Positions 10,137 through 24,600 of a stretch of DNA of 37,214 nt are shown here, in pieces (position 1 is the stretch's first letter; every line of letters starts with the position of its first letter). Below the pieces are notes generated by a model. That model was not told where the DNA came from. It saw nothing but the letters and a program-made list of their open reading frames with translations, and made no database searches. The stretch lies in contig JAUCBJ010002785.1 in NCBI GenBank assembly GCA_032718475.1, positions 1 to 37,214 of the forward strand, read 5' to 3'. Made by a program: the position numbers and the translations under genes. This stretch comes from Nemertoderma westbladi. Taxonomy: Eukaryota > Animalia > Xenacoelomorpha.

Positions 10137-11277
10137 TAATTTTTTCATTTATGTGAAAGGTAATTTCATAAGCTTAAATGAATTTCGGCCAGTTTTCATG
10201 ATTACATAATCAGGTAATATATCCCCATTTATTTCCAATGAAAAGTTAGAAAAAAACATGAGTTTTTCATTTTTTTTAAATAATTTTTAATTTTTTTTTA
10301 GAAACTTGCCAATTATCAGAAATAGAAAATTAAAACACAAAAAGTGGCCAAAAATATGATGAAAATGAACATGCTAGTTCCAGAAAATGTAGTATCGAAA
10401 CATAAAAAAGGAAAATAACGGAGTAGTCTTTTTAGCAAAATTATTTAAATAACACGCCAGCCGCTAGGGGGGGTGGGTCAGAAACATTTTTTTCAAATTT
10501 TTATTTACTTTAGTTCATTCTCTTTCCAATGGTATATTGTTTTCTATGCATTTTTCAACCACAACTAACTAACTACAGCCTTCTAAACAACTGTTTAGGC
10601 CTATAAGTTCAAAGTTCCGTGGTGTTATCGAAATTACCATTACCAAAGTGTTGCGAAAGTAATGATTTTTAACAGAATCCCAATCTGTATTTTGAATACA
10701 AACAAATTAATTTAACAGACATTTTGTAATAATGAGGTAAAAAGAGAAAGATCAGACACCTTAATTTCAGCATTACGCTCATTGCTTCACCTGTAATTGT
10801 ACTTATGTAGAACGCCTATTGTATACATTGATTTATCTATCAGTTGGAATACATGCGATAATGTTAGCCAATTCTTTTGTTTATTTTAGTTGTTTAGTTG
10901 AATAGAACTGTGACTATTCTACCATTATCTTTAATATAGGATTTATTATATACCAGTATGCCTTAATTATTATACCTAAATTACAGTATCCTATTTTATT
11001 GTTTTTTGTACTTACTTATTTGACTGTTGGACAGAGATATTTTGCGGTGCATACTTTGACTTTTTATTAAAATTATATTTGTTAATAAATATATATACCG
11101 GGACATGACATCGGTAGGCCTACTGTCAGACTGTAGTCTGGCTCTGGCAGTAGGGCCTACAGGTGGTAGTGCTTAGTACAGTACCGGTAGTAGGCCTACT
11201 GTGGTAGTACAGCTATATTGCAGTAGGCCTATTGTTTTGCTTGAATCTTGAACCTGTGTCGGATCTCTGAAGTAACA

Positions 11278-13271
11278 ATGGAGCGGACTACAAGTCATTC
11301 AAGTGAGTTGAGCAGCTCTTTGGTAATTACCAAATCAATGTTTGCGAATATCTGTTCGGGAAATGAGCCGTTTGTGCGGACGTTTATCAAAGACTACCTG
11401 GAGGCGAACTCGAGTTTTCTGGACGATTATGTTGTTAAGAATTGTACAGCTGCTCATATTACTGAGTGGCTGCTGCGTTCACTCTCCTCTGGGTCTAACA
11501 ACGCCGCCACCACCTCGGATTTAACCATTTATCCGACCCAATCGCAGGACACTGTCCCGATTACCAGGTACAATGAGACCAGTCTACCGCAGAGTCTATC
11601 GGTGGCGACACCGGGTCATATTGACAACTCGACGACCGCAATAAGTTGTCATGCAAATACTCGAAACTCGAGACAACGCACGCCGCCTTTCAAATTCTCC
11701 CCTATGCATCCTGTGTTGAGGTTACCGGTAATTCACTTCAACCAGACTGACCTCCCGCGAGAACAAAGACAAGTAGATCCCGCAACGAGTCCGATAGACA
11801 CCAAATGCAAACCAAACCCCATTGAATCTGAATCGAGTAATAATACAGCCAGTTCAACTTTATTAAATTATAACAACATATCGTATACCGCTACCCCCGC
11901 AGTCACCACAACCAACTCAAACCATTATTCTACCCAACCTCTATCAGTAGACCAGTCAGATGTTCCGGTAATCCTACGCATTAAGACGGAAGACCAACTG
12001 GAATATAAACCCGACATAGATAAGGTTGGCGATGGCTTGAACGAGTTCTTCGGAATAAATAGACAATATGGAAGCCATGCAGACACATCTACCGCCCAAA
12101 CCGCCCAGGGTCTCTCCCCCCTCTCTAACTTCGCTCCAACCCTCACTGCTCAGTTTCTAGGCGACTTCAACTTAAACCATTCCAACACCTACAACCTCCT
12201 GTCAACAACAGTTTCCGGTACCGGTGAGTTACCCTTTACCCTTGTGTTTAACATCATAGATAAGTTTTATCATGTTACTGTTACTCTGAATAATGTGGTG
12301 CAAGGTGCAAGCAATGGCGGACTCAAGCTCGAGCTCGAGGCTGTCTGGATATTTAGAGATTGCAGTTCCATTCGAGGTTTTTCATTTGTACGAATGTCGA
12401 ATTTAACTGAGAAAACTCAGACTTCATTCATGAACGTGCTCCTAATTATTGCATTCATTACTTATAAAATCTTCTGATTTTAATCAATATTCTCCGTTAT
12501 TAATCCACTCTATTACTTTCTATAGGCGACCAATCACAACCATCCCCTGATGATTCAGATATGCTCACTTCCGACGATGACGTAACACCTGGAAGTATGT
12601 ATAATTCCTCCGACCAACCTGGTCCCTCTGGAATTCTACACCGGGATATTGTGAAAAGGAGCCGCACCAACGAGAGGCCCTTCAGCTGTGATACTTGTGG
12701 TAAAACGTTCCTAAGTAACAGCCACCTAATTAGACACCAACGGACCCACACCGGGGAGCGTCCTTACCAATGTGGCATCTGCTACAAACGTTTCCCTCAA
12801 CTAAGCCACCTAAAGACACATACGCGAACACACACGGGAGAGCGCCTGTACGTGTGCGACACGTGCGGGAAAGGATTTACAGAGAACGGCACTCTAACGT
12901 CCCATAAAAGAATTCACACCGGTGAGCGTCCGTTCGTGTGCGAAACGTGCGGGAAGGGATTTACAGAGAACGGCCATCTAAATACTCATAAAAGAATTCA
13001 CACCGGTGAGCGTCCGTACGTGTGCGACACGTGCGGGAAGGGATTTACAGAGAGCGGCAAACTAAAAACTCACAAGAGAATTCACACCGGTGTGCGTCCG
13101 TATTTGTGCGACACATGCGGGAAGGGATTTACAGTGAACGGCAATCTAACCACTCACAAGAGATTACATACAGGGGAACGACCGTTTAGCTGCGATACAT
13201 GCGGGAAATGTTTCTCCCACCGATATCATGAAACGAGCCATAAATGTATCGGCAGTGGGGAGACACGGTAA
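11278..13271 (+). CDS. C2H2 (Kruppel-type) zinc-finger protein, ~563 aa; exons 11278-12223 and 12526-13271
   Basis: Donor G|GTGAGT at 12223/12224 and acceptor TTTCTATAG|G at 12525/12526 join the two ORFs in frame (phase 1). Six C2H2 fingers with HTGERP-type linkers plus a terminal C2HC finger. Confidence 0.88.
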
Positions 13272-13560
13272 GCTCGGTCCAGTAAAATTACATGATGAGA
13301 TAGGGAACGCTTTCTAACTCCGTCAAAACGAGGATTATGAAATACTAAACTGAATTGTTTGCTTTCGAAACTGAAAAATATAATGAAATTATATTTGTAA
13401 CTACCCAACTAGCCTACTCAAATGTCTCATACGTAATCAGCGAATGAATGAATGAATGAGAAATCAATCTCAAATAAACAAATTTTTAATAATTGAGAGG
13501 AAAGGACATTATTAAATTCAAAACAATAAATTCTCAATCTAATTATTATGATATTTTTAT

Positions 13561-13889
13561 GGGTCAGAGTAAAACGCGGATCCGGATTCTACATATAACA
13601 TTGTCCCTACGGAAGTCGATTTTTTTTACATTTTTTATAACTCCCAAAAATAAAACTAAAAAAAACTATAACCTGTTCTATTGACTTTAGTTTATTGTTT
13701 TGTCCCTACGGAAGTCGATTTTTTTTACATTTTTTATAACTCCCAAAAATAAAACTAAAAAAAACTATAACCTGTTCTATTGACTTTAGTTTATTGTTTT
13801 GTTTAAAATAACGTGCCTCTGTAACCTGCTCCTTTCCCTTAATTGATAATTTTGGAATCCGGATCCGGATCCGCGTTTTACACCTACCC
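13561..13889. mobile_element. Mutator-like MITE
   Basis: Imperfect TIRs GGGTCAGAGTAAAACGCGGATCCGGAT / ATCCGGATCCGCGTTTTACACCTACCC; 9-bp TSD TATTTTTAT (13552-13560, 13890-13898); internal 99-bp tandem duplication. Confidence 0.85.
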
Positions 13890-14079
13890 TATTTTTATTA
13901 AGTTATAGAATATATACCTACCGGTACTTTTATGTGAAGGGACTGTTCTGTTGTACCAGGTTGTAGGGCAGTAGTGTTGTGAGTTAGTTAGGTTGGTGAC
14001 TGGTATACTGTGTTTGAATGTTTAAACAATGAGTTCTAATTCTAACATTAATTAACGATATTTTACTATAGACGATATA

Positions 14080-14770
14080 AAGATCCTTCTTCAATATTGA
14101 CTGATTAAATAAGCCGACCATTATACAACTTACTACAAAAAGATAAAAAATACATCTGGTCAAAATAGGCTGTTGAGGCCTATAATCGACTCAAAGAAGA
14201 AATATTAAACTTAACTCATCTTTACCATTTTAATCCCGAATTACCTACAGTAGTAATTCAGATACTTCTGAAGCTACATTGTCAGCTGTTTTAGGTCAAC
14301 GACATAGTACAACCAATCAATTTCTACCAGTAGCATTTGCATCATCCAATATGGGTGGATGTGAGACAACGCGCTTATTCCCAAATTGACAGAGAAGCTC
14401 TAGGGATCATGTTTTGGTACACACTTTTCAACAATACATTAATTATTGGGAGACATCTTACGTTGGCAACAGATAATTGCCCATTGAAACGTATTATGAA
14501 CCCATGCAAGTCTCTTCCAAAAACAACTGTTTCGCGTTTTTATGAACCCATGCAAGTCTCTTCCAAAAACAACCGTTTCGCGTTTTTATGAACCCATGGA
14601 AGTCTCTTCCAAAAACAACCGTTTTGCGTTTTTATGAAACCATGCAAGTCTCTTCCAACAACAACCATTTCGCGTTTACAGCATTGGTGTGTTGAGTTGA
14701 GTAGTTAAAATTATTCAATATCTACCATCAAGTCAGAAGATAATATTGCAGATGCATTATCTCGACTTGA
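14080..14770 (+). mobile_element. Degenerate Ty3/Gypsy RT-connection/RNase H fragment
   Basis: Broken frames give HFNPELP, AVLGQ, PVAFAS, RAYSQIDREALGI, TLATDNCPL and ADALSRL; a ~39-bp tandem expansion at ~14495-14680. Confidence 0.8.
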
Positions 14771-15484
14771 AGTATATAACTATTATAAAATATAAATTTG
14801 ACATTATTGACATTATATTAGTATAATATCTATATGCCGCGTAGATAGTTTCTACGCGGTTCTGGATTCGCTATGTTCTGTTCAGCTCCAGTAATTCCTC
14901 AATTAGGTGGTGTTGGTTCACATGCATCAGTATTTGCGGCTTGGAATAGTTATTTGCGGGCCGTTGCGTTGGTTGCGAACGAGTATGAGATAGTTGCGTG
15001 ACAGTACTAACCTTTAGAGTAGCGAAGTATTTGAGGCTACAGGAACTTGAGTGAGTGACACGATGCAGTTGGCCAGATGTTTGAGGAGGCGTTGATGATT
15101 GGTCATCCATAGGTGGATTAACTGCATATACATATTAATTTCCATAATTTATTATCTGTAGGATTCGTCGTAATTTGGATTAATAACACAATCTCTACAC
15201 AATACGTCTCGGGTCTTGCTAGGAAATTGTTGGGTATGTATATTCGAATCGTAATCGAAATATCTTGTTGTTATGCCGGTATTCTTATGTTAGTCATTAA
15301 AACCGAAAGGGTGGGGTTCATTGGAACAAAGTTCGCATTCTATTGGAACAAAGTTTGCAACTATTGAAACAAAGTTCGCAAAAGTTGGTTTTGGAACAAC
15401 GTACCGTACACGCTATATAGGTTATTATGTATATTTCCAATATTCAAAATATTGCTTATTGTAAAATCAATCAAGCCGCAGCTT

Positions 15485-16110
15485 TACTACTAGGATCGGA
15501 TCGGCATGCTGCATTGTAGCTGCGTTTATATGAATGCTGTGCCGGCTTGTAGACAAAATTGCGCCGCCACAACTCCCTATCACCCCATGACATTTGCTAG
15601 ATCATCCGCATCTTCAAGGTCAGTGTCCTTAAAGATGCGTCTCAAGAAAGTCATGGGCTGTCCAACATGCTTATTCACTCCATGAGGCCGCCAAAGCACT
15701 AGATTATGCACTGGCTGGACCTCACGGTGAAAGCAATGTCCTGCAAAGCGGAGGCGGGTTTGTAGTCAAGCTTGAGGGAACCAATGAGACACCTCCAATG
15801 TTATATAGTGTCTGGTTGGAGATGTGCGCATTGTACTTGACACAGTGAACCCGACGCAGCATTCTCGTGAATGTGTCATCCAGAGATTTGGTGTCCTCTG
15901 CAGTTAGAGCCCGGCATGGACTCATAATCGGACCTTAAGCTTCCAATTAATTCTACTTGACTTCCAAATCCTGGAAAGCCTATTCAAGGCTGCCCATGCC
16001 CTTCCCCACGTATTCGAATGTCCTCACCTGACATCCGGATCCATGATCCCAGGTAACAGAAGTCATCCACATGCTCAAGCATACCATCCTTTGAGCTTAT
16101 GCTCATCCGG
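15485..16110 (-). mobile_element. RTE-clade LINE, 3' part (continuation of 32722-33012)
   Basis: LEHVDDFCYLGSWI, DTFTRMLRRV…HISNQTLY and RLRFAGHC motifs in shifted frames; begins at the TSD. Confidence 0.8.
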
Positions 16111-17540
16111 AGTAGTAGGGTCTTGGCCGGCTTTGTGACAGGTGGACCACACTGACTGGCGCCAGACTGTCTGGGTGACACCCAATGACACCCATAGGGT
16201 GTCATTGGCGCCAGACTGTCTGGGTGACACCTCCTAATTAGGCTAATTAGACCCTAATTGACAGGTGTCATCAATTAATTAGTACAATTAATCCCTAATA
16301 GGTGTCTTACGACTCCTAATTAGGGTTTAATTGATTATTCTAATTAATCAAACCGATACGCAATGGTGTCAGTGTTGTCCAACTGTCGCAAAGCTGCCCA
16401 AAAGGGTGTCATAAGTGACACCGCAGCTCTTTTATAAATTAATACTTATTTATTTATATTTAATTTTAATTTATTTAATTCTATTTATTTAATTATACTT
16501 ATTTTTAATTAATTTATTTAATTGTACTTTATTTATTTATGCTTTTACTTAATATATTGGTTTCTATTTTTAGCTTTAACAATAAACAGTTTGTATATTA
16601 CACACCGATGCTAATGACGTCATTATTGGAACCATCTAACCATAGACTTGCAGCCTTATTTAGCCCTAGGGTATACAGCTCCCTTACTGGTAACTATTTT
16701 GGAGTTAATGTTAGCGAAGGGCCTAAACTTAAGACAAGCTATCATCGCCTAGGTTACCAGTTACACATGAATGAGCAATTTATCAGGGCCCCTCTTAAAA
16801 TTATTTGTTGATGACGCACTAATATCCCAGCGCGGCCTTGACTTCATCAAATCCGAATATAGCCCAAGGGTATTTCATTAATGTTCCAACGGCTCTCCTC
16901 CAACGATACTATAGCTGGCATCGCTTTGATCCTTTCCTATATCCAGGCATCTCCGACTATAACAATGAAGAGCCTCTTAAGATGCATTCCTCTGCAACGG
17001 ACCTATTTCGCTTATTCCTTGAACTCAATATAATTAGTTATAGAGGTATACATACAAGGCTTTTCTAATGTGTTATTAAAGAGAAAATTATCACAGCCGT
17101 TAATAGTACCGTTAATCGGACCCTAAAAGGGTTAAACCAAACGTTATTCACGGAGACCAGCAACCCTATTAACATAAACAGTCTTCTTTAATAAAAACTG
17201 TTCTGACTATATCTTTTGTTAGTGTTTATGTTCTTATATTATTTATTATTAATGTTGTTGGTAAATTATTTATTTGTTGTTGTTATATTATTTAATATTG
17301 ATGTTGTCGGTAAATTATTTATTCTTGTTTCCCAATTTCTTGTTTAAAAATATAAGATGTTTAACCGGTTATTTTTCATTTTTTCTCTACGATAATATTT
17401 TATAACATTTATGATATATAACACACTCAATAATTAACATAAAACACTTAAACAAGTAACATATAATATAATATAATTTATAAAAATTAAAGTTTAGATT
17501 TTTTCCCTCAACCAGCAGGCGAGCAGTCTCTCATTTTTAT

Positions 17541-17912
17541 TTAAATCTTCCCCAAAAAATTTAACGGAGTAGCCGTTTTTTCTCTTTCATATAAATAAAA
17601 TAAACAATAACCTCCACAACTAGTTCGCATCGGGTGTTGAACAATCTGCCTCGTTCTAAACCACTTTTTATTATTTCGTAGCAACCAGTCTTTGATTTGC
17701 GGTGGTGGATATCGCGCGAATAAATCAAAATATTCACCACGGTCGCAGTCTACGAAAATTGCAACCCAATGCATCCCGGGTAAATGAGCCGCTTGAGTAT
17801 TTGATATGAAACTCATTTTTTTATTCTGCTTATTGGGTAGACGATTTATAGGAAAAGATCCCTGATAATGTTCCCCCAAGGGGAAATTGTTTAAATCGCT
17901 AGAGTTTAACAT
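17541..17912 (-). CDS. Adenain-like (Polinton PRO) cysteine protease, 123 aa
   Basis: YQGSFPINRLP…ISNTQAAHLPGMHWVAI…YFD…QIVQ…SCGGYCLFYL gives the His-Asp-Gln-Cys order typical of adenovirus/Polinton maturation proteases. Confidence 0.85.
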   Translation of the reverse strand: MLNSSDLNNFPLGEHYQGSFPINRLPNKQNKKMSFISNTQAAHLPGMHWVAIFVDCDRGEYFDLFARYPPPQIKDWLLRNNKKWFRTRQIVQHPMRTSCGGYCLFYLYEREKTATPLNFLGKI

Positions 17913-18212
17913 TTTCTAGAATTTGACTTTACTTTGTTTTGACTTAGTCGACTAATTTTCCAAAGTGTATTATAAAAAACATATAATTTCTTGAATAAAT
18001 AGACCTAATAGTAATAAATATTGTGGGGTAAATACATTTATAATACTAATATAATTATTATGGATAAATAGTCCTAATACTAATATAATTGCTATGGATA
18101 AATAGTCCTATTACTAATATAATTGTTATGGATAAATAGTCCTAATACTAATATAATTGTTATGGATAAATAGTCCTAATACTATTATGAAAGGAACTCA
18201 AACAAACAAATG

Positions 18213-18502
18213 TCAATAGCGTCGTCCTGCGCGGGCATATACTGAACGAGAGTTTTTTATCATAGGTCTTCGAAAATTAGTAAAAGCTGGTTGATTTACT
18301 TTACTTTCATCTTCCTCATTACCCAACTGTTTCTTAATTTTATTCAATTGTTCATTGATTTTCAATAATTTACTTTTATTTCCCAGAACCTGTCTTAATA
18401 TCTCTTCTCTATTTTCCTCATTTTCTTCCATTTGTTTAATAAATTTCCGCATTTGATTTTTGTTTACTAATATTTGTCTCAATATCTCTTCTTTATTTTC
18501 AT
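18213..18502 (-). pseudogene. 3' remnant of the acidic/helical-repeat ORF
   Basis: Reverse complement of 7927-8216; the 5' part is replaced by the 18503-27766 insert. Confidence 0.8.
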
Positions 18503-21500
18503 AATTCTTGTAAAAGCTTTTGGGGATATAACAAGCCATTTTTCTCCGCAATATACTGTGTAGGTGTTTTAGCGGACATAACAAGCCATTTTTACCCGCT
18601 ATGTCTGCATGTGTGCTTTAGCGGACATAACAAGCCATTTTCTCCGCAATTCGCTTAATACTCTAAAAGATGACTCAGATGACGCAATCTGTCAGCTGAT
18701 TTACTGCCAACGCGGAACCTGATTCTCTCTTTGTTCTTTGTTCGGCTCAGCCAATCAGAGCGATTTTCACTTTGTGTTGGACAGTGCCTACAGAAACTCA
18801 CACAATTCAGTCAGTGTGTATCTTTTCTAAGCCCAGAACACCGGCTTAGGATTCTTCTGTACTTCTGTGGAAGTTTCAGACTTTGACCTAAACCTCAGAA
18901 ACATCAGATGGCTTTGATTAAAGGAACGTAAAACTATTAACGCAGCACACCACCACATCGCGGCATTACGCAATGCAATTCAACTACTGAATCATTGCTG
19001 AATCATACTTCATATCTGAATTGCCACATCGCGGCACTACGCAACGCGATTCAACTACACATACTGACTGTTCACCGCATTATTTGATTCTGTTATTAAT
19101 TGGTGTTATGTTAGTATATATTGCTGATATATTTGGAGAATACCGATGAATAATCATAAAACCCTCAATCTCTTTGATTACTAAAGGTTAGAGGAACAGG
19201 TTTACCGGTAGCAACTGCGACTTACATTATAGTGGTTTTTGTGTGAATTGAATGCTATTTCATAATCCCTACATGTATCAGTTGCGATCCTCCTTATATA
19301 TGATCAAATTCAGTGACGGTCGGCAGATCAGTGCGCAGTAGTGTGAAGTCGTGTGAAGTAGTGTGAAGGTTAATAAAGCATCTCCTAAAGAATGCGCCTT
19401 TTACGAAACTCAGTAGCCATCCAGTTGTGATTAGTATAAGTCATAACTCTGTTTTATACTTAAAGCGCCACGTCCTAAAGGAACTGTTAATATTTCCCCG
19501 AAAGTAAATATATTGTCAGAGATTATATAGTAACGAGCAATCGAATAATACAGTAGGTCTATACTGCAATCACTATCAAAGCATCCGAATCCAGTCTCCC
19601 TTAACTGTGGGTGAATGGTCGCGCACAGGCTGGCTTCGGCTGATATACCTTCAGTACATTAAATAATTGATATACAAAAAGACACCTAAAATTGGCAGGT
19701 TAAACTGCTAAAGGTCTAAAAGCGCGAACATTAATAGTTTTAAAACTTTTGATTGCACGTAGGCAATAAATTCGAATGTACCGGTCGGACGGTAACCTGT
19801 AGGCCTAACAACCTAACCACCAGACCTGGTACTTGCGGGTACCAGTATTAGTTCGATTGTGATATATTGTAGGCTGTTAGGGGATTAGGGATTGATCACC
19901 CCTTATTCCTTTGTATGGTTTACTTGTTTCTGTCAGTTTTATTTATCTGTAAGTGTAATATTGAGCAGAACTGCAGAAGGCGTGTAAGCCTGCTCAGATT
20001 GTACAAGTAATTTGTAGGCTGGATTGTTGTCTGGCTGTTGTCAGGTCCGAAGAGATTGCAGTGTGTGTAGAGTGTATGTCCGATAAAATACTAGTTAGGA
20101 AGGTGGGGGCATCCAGTGTTGTAAGGTAAATCCCCTCCGAAAGAATAAGTCGTACTACTCGGTTAGAACGCATACTAACTAACCATTTCGGAGTCTGCAT
20201 ATACTGTAGTTTATTTAGGCTTGATAGTAGTCTGTCAGCATTTGGTTTGTATTTTGTTTGTGTAGTTGGTACGGGTAGCGTAATATTTATTATTCAGAGT
20301 TTATGCGATTATTCACAACATACACAACCCCAAGTTTATTCCTACAGTAAGTGTGCTTGTTATACATACCGTTATAGTTAAATTAACCCCGGTACTACAT
20401 CAGGGCTGTTTGGCGTAGGTAAAGACTGGTGATTTTATGCTCTAGTCACTCCAACAGATACCGTGGTTCTTTTGGCTGTACAAGTATATTTAACTGCTGG
20501 TTATTTGTTTTATAAGTACTTGTACCTAATTTAGGGTTTAGTGTACAGTGCTTTCCGAAGGTAATTAGTTTGTAGGCCGTATATTTGTGTTGTAAAGTGG
20601 TTAATATGCACGTTAGCTATAGTTGGCTGCGGTAATTAACTTCTAGGTAGGAACACTCCGGGTACATAACGTAGTACTTATAGAGCTGTAAAGCTAGAGA
20701 CTATAAGTCGTCAGACGGTGGTATTTTCTTATCTAGACAACGCAATATATTTACTACTGCTTTATTATTTTCAAATACCGTAGTATCCTGTCCATTTGTA
20801 ATAACCAGAAATTCTAACTCCTTGTTAGGCTGGTTTGTAGATTTCTTGTAAAATTACCCCTAAAATTTGTACGTGTAATTTTTGTGTTTATTTAGAGATT
20901 GTAATCTCACCCCGTAATTGTACGTAATTAGTAGTAATAAGTAACTTAGTAAATTAGAATTATTTGTTTTAGTGTCCAATAAGTAGCACTCCACTGAGAG
21001 CGTTCAGCTTCTGTGAAGTGACTCCTTACCAGAAATAATAACATTCATTTCGAATATTGTCAAAACCCATTAAACGGGTACATATATATATTATAAATCA
21101 ACTCAAACCGATTTATAAAATAGTAGGCCTGTTATACATAAATTAGGTCTTAATATCAGTTGGACTACTGCTTAAATAACGGTAATAAAGTAAAGTAAAG
21201 TAACTAAGTAACCCTAAAATTCAGAAATTCAATTATTCTAAAATAATTGACATACCGGTATTTACGATAGGCTTATTATATTTATTTCTATAAATTTAAG
21301 CTGAAATTATATACCGGTATTCTGTAATTAATTCTAGTCTATAATTATACTTATATATACTATAAGTGTAAGCTGTATACCGGTATTCACGGTAGGCTTA
21401 TTATATATTTATATATATTTGCGCTGAAATTATATACCGGTATTCTGTGACAAACCCTAGTCTATAATCATACTTATATATACTATAAGTGTATACCGGT

Positions 21501-21638
21501 ATTCTAATATATTGTATATATCACGTTACACTGAGTAACGATATCGGTAATTAATTACTAGGCTTATAGTTGATACTGAATTACTAGGCTTGCTTTACCT
21601 GTAGTTATAGTAGTAGGCATTCAACTGTATAATCAAAC

Positions 21639-24600
21639 ATGGCTGACACAAAACAAACACTGTCAGATAGTCTCTTAAAAAGTGTTAGAATGAGTGTTAG
21701 ACAGGGTCTTAAAAAGATCTGGGACTCAGCTAAGAGTATAGAACGTCTGAGACCAAAGTCCAAGTCCCCTCCTACTGTAAGAAAGGTCATCCCTACAGTA
21801 GTAGTGTCAGACCCTAGGCTAGTAGAGCACCATAGGTCTATCATGGGCACTAGGGCTCAAGTCAAGCGGGACCAAGAGGCAGCTGTTAAACAGCAGCAAC
21901 ACTCGAACCGAGAACTTATTTCTCAACGGCCCGATAGCTCCAGTAGTTCAGATCATTCAGTTGACATCCGAACGCGGAGCCAAGATGGCAGAAGCAGTTT
22001 ATTCGGATCCACTTCTCATTCTTCCTGAAGCCGTACTCACTAGGGTATTGATTGCGGTAGAAGAACATCAAATCGATTGGGCGAGAAGTAAGCGATCAAC
22101 CAAGGACAGTTATGCGGGATACATAAGGGAGGAACTGAAGTCTATTGTCGAGACGCAATGGAACTTCCCCAGACCCGGACTCCCGTTTAACTTATTGGAA
22201 GCTGCCTGGGAGGACTTATACAGGATGGGAGTGGTAAGGGACACTAGAGATCCAGCTGTGTGGAAGAGGTCGGCAGCAGGATATGTACAGGGATTCTTCA
22301 GCTCTTTGGAGCGATTAGAGGAACAACTGTTTCAACAACCCCAAGGACCTCAAGAGCAGGGAGAGCTGCTATATCAAGTTCGAGAACGAATTCTAAGAAT
22401 TAGACTAATCCTTTCGGCCTTTGAGGAAGCCTCGAAGAGAAGTCAAGACACGTCGTTGCAAGTTGCCATAAAGAATTGGTTCCAACAGGTGAGTCTTAAA
22501 GTCCAAGGAACAACCCAATGGAAAATTCAGCTGGCTGAACGCTCAACCCATGGAGAATCAACAGACGCTACCTTTTCTCAAGTGGAAAGCGAAGTGACAT
22601 TGGAGAAACCTCAGAAGAAGGACGCTATTGACATCTATCTGTCGGACTATCAACGATTTATAGGTGACGAAGAGTTGAGGAGACGGCTGGCTGGACTTCG
22701 CCCTAATAGTGAAGGAGCCAAGTTTGTGTTGGACACATTAGATGCAGAAATGTTAGCTGTGAACCAAGCTAAATTTGATGAAAGCATCCGCATCGCTAGG
22801 GTCCAAGAAGAACAAGTAAAGAAAAAACGTATAGAAGACAGAAAAACAGCAGCAGCGGCAGCGGCAGCGGCAGAGGCAGAAGCGGAAAGAAAAGCGGCAG
22901 AAGTGGAAAGAAAAGTGGCAGTGGCAGCGGCAGAAGCGGAAAGAAAAGTGGCAGCAGCAACGGCAGCGGCAGAGGCAGAAGCAGAAAGAAAAGCGGCAGA
23001 AGCGGAAAGAAAGGTAGCAGTGGCAGAAGCAGAACGGAGGGCGTCTGAAGAGACCACCCAACTAGAGTTGAAAAATCTTCAAGAGAAGCAAGACTACATA
23101 GATAAACAGAGAACAGCTAGTCAGTGGCAGATGATAAGTCGATCTACTCCCAAAAGACAGGGATTTACATCATCTGATGAAGGCGATACAACAGATCCTG
23201 AAGGCGGAGGAAATAGATCTCGTCCCAGCAGGCGTAGAAGAATGCCCCACCATCAGAAATTGCCTAATTTGCCCCCAGCTGTGAGAAGGCAACTAGCTAG
23301 CACCGACTTAGGTAGTACAGAGCCCACAGACCAAATTATTAGAGTAGAAAGACTCCCTACTATAGTAGATGAGCCTGAAATAATTAGGCCTGTTCTCGAA
23401 GCCACTCCCCCGGTGATAGAGACCCCTGTACTTCCAGAACCTAACTCTAAATTCCCTTTGCACAGTACTAAACTACCTGTGCCCAGTAGAATAGGCCCTG
23501 AATCCGCCCCAGTCCTGGACGCCGAGCAAGACATCAACGATTTGTCGTCCGTCGTCCCTCGTCTACCCGCTACTATGTTGGCGGCTCCCGCTTCGGCGGT
23601 TGAGTGGGTGGATGAGGGACGGCGGGGGATGGATCTCCTGCTCGGGCGGATGCAGGAGACTGTTCAACAGTTCAAGGGAACAGTAAGGGAAAGTAGGTTA
23701 GAGTTGCAAGAAGTGCAGCAGAGTATCGCGTTAGAACGCGATAAGTTAGTAAATATACAAAGGAGTATACCACCACCCCCTGTAACAATGTGTCAACCTG
23801 TTAGGTCTGAAGTATTTCATGCGCAAGGTGTGGAGCCTACACGCATCTATACTGCTAGTGAAGTAGAAACTCCTATAGTAAACCCTATTAAGGGTAATTA
23901 TAAACCTGTTGACAATGATATTCCATATAGACCTGATCATAATCCTAGAAATTTATATACCGATAACTCGATATTAAATAACACGATGGCCCAAGAAAGT
24001 TTTACGCGTCAAATGGCTAGAACCGAAGCCCGTCAAGCGGTAAAGGTGGGAGAGATCTTCAAGTTCAAAGGAGATGAGATGAAATGGTTGCCTTTTAATG
24101 AATATTACAAAGATAACATACAGAACTCTGTACTATCTAACGGAGAGAAACTTAGATTCCTCATCGAGTGTTTGGAAGGACCTCCCAAGTTAATGGCGTT
24201 AAAGTTTATTGGACATCCGGATGGATTAAGACAAGTTTGGGATACACTAAACATCAGGTATGGTAATAGGATAAACATAGCTAGGTATTTGTATACGAAA
24301 TTAGTAGCGCCCCGAAAGTTCCTTAGCAGCGGGATTATAGAGTTTTCCGATGAGATTCAGGAGATCTGTAGACAACTAGATTGGTTAGGTAAGTCTCATG
24401 AATACCAGAATTCTATGGTTGTAGGAGCCTTAGCATCAGCTTTGCCAAAGGGTGAAGTAGGTACTCGCTGGGACAAAAAGGTTCTCTATTTGATGGACCA
24501 ACAACATAGAGATCCAACCATGACGGACCTTCTGTCATTCTTAAACCGAGAGGTAAGATTACAACTCCTAAAACAGTCTAGAGAGAAGACTCCTGAAAGT

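Noticed and set aside
9809-10585. Possible non-autonomous DNA transposon upstream of the ZF gene
   Set aside because: TE-like composition but no TIR pair or TSD found.
12224-12477. Hydrophobic C-terminus of the 409-aa ORF
   Set aside because: Better explained as intron read-through, given the in-frame GT-AG splice to the finger exon.
16539-17068. ORFs in and next to the TIR as remnants of pPolB, integrase or capsid
   Set aside because: No recognisable motifs in the frames I read; a profile search is needed.
19827-19845. TGGTACTTGCGGG as the Bel/Pao primer-binding site
   Set aside because: No adjacent LTR end matching the 3' region and no tRNA match I can identify.
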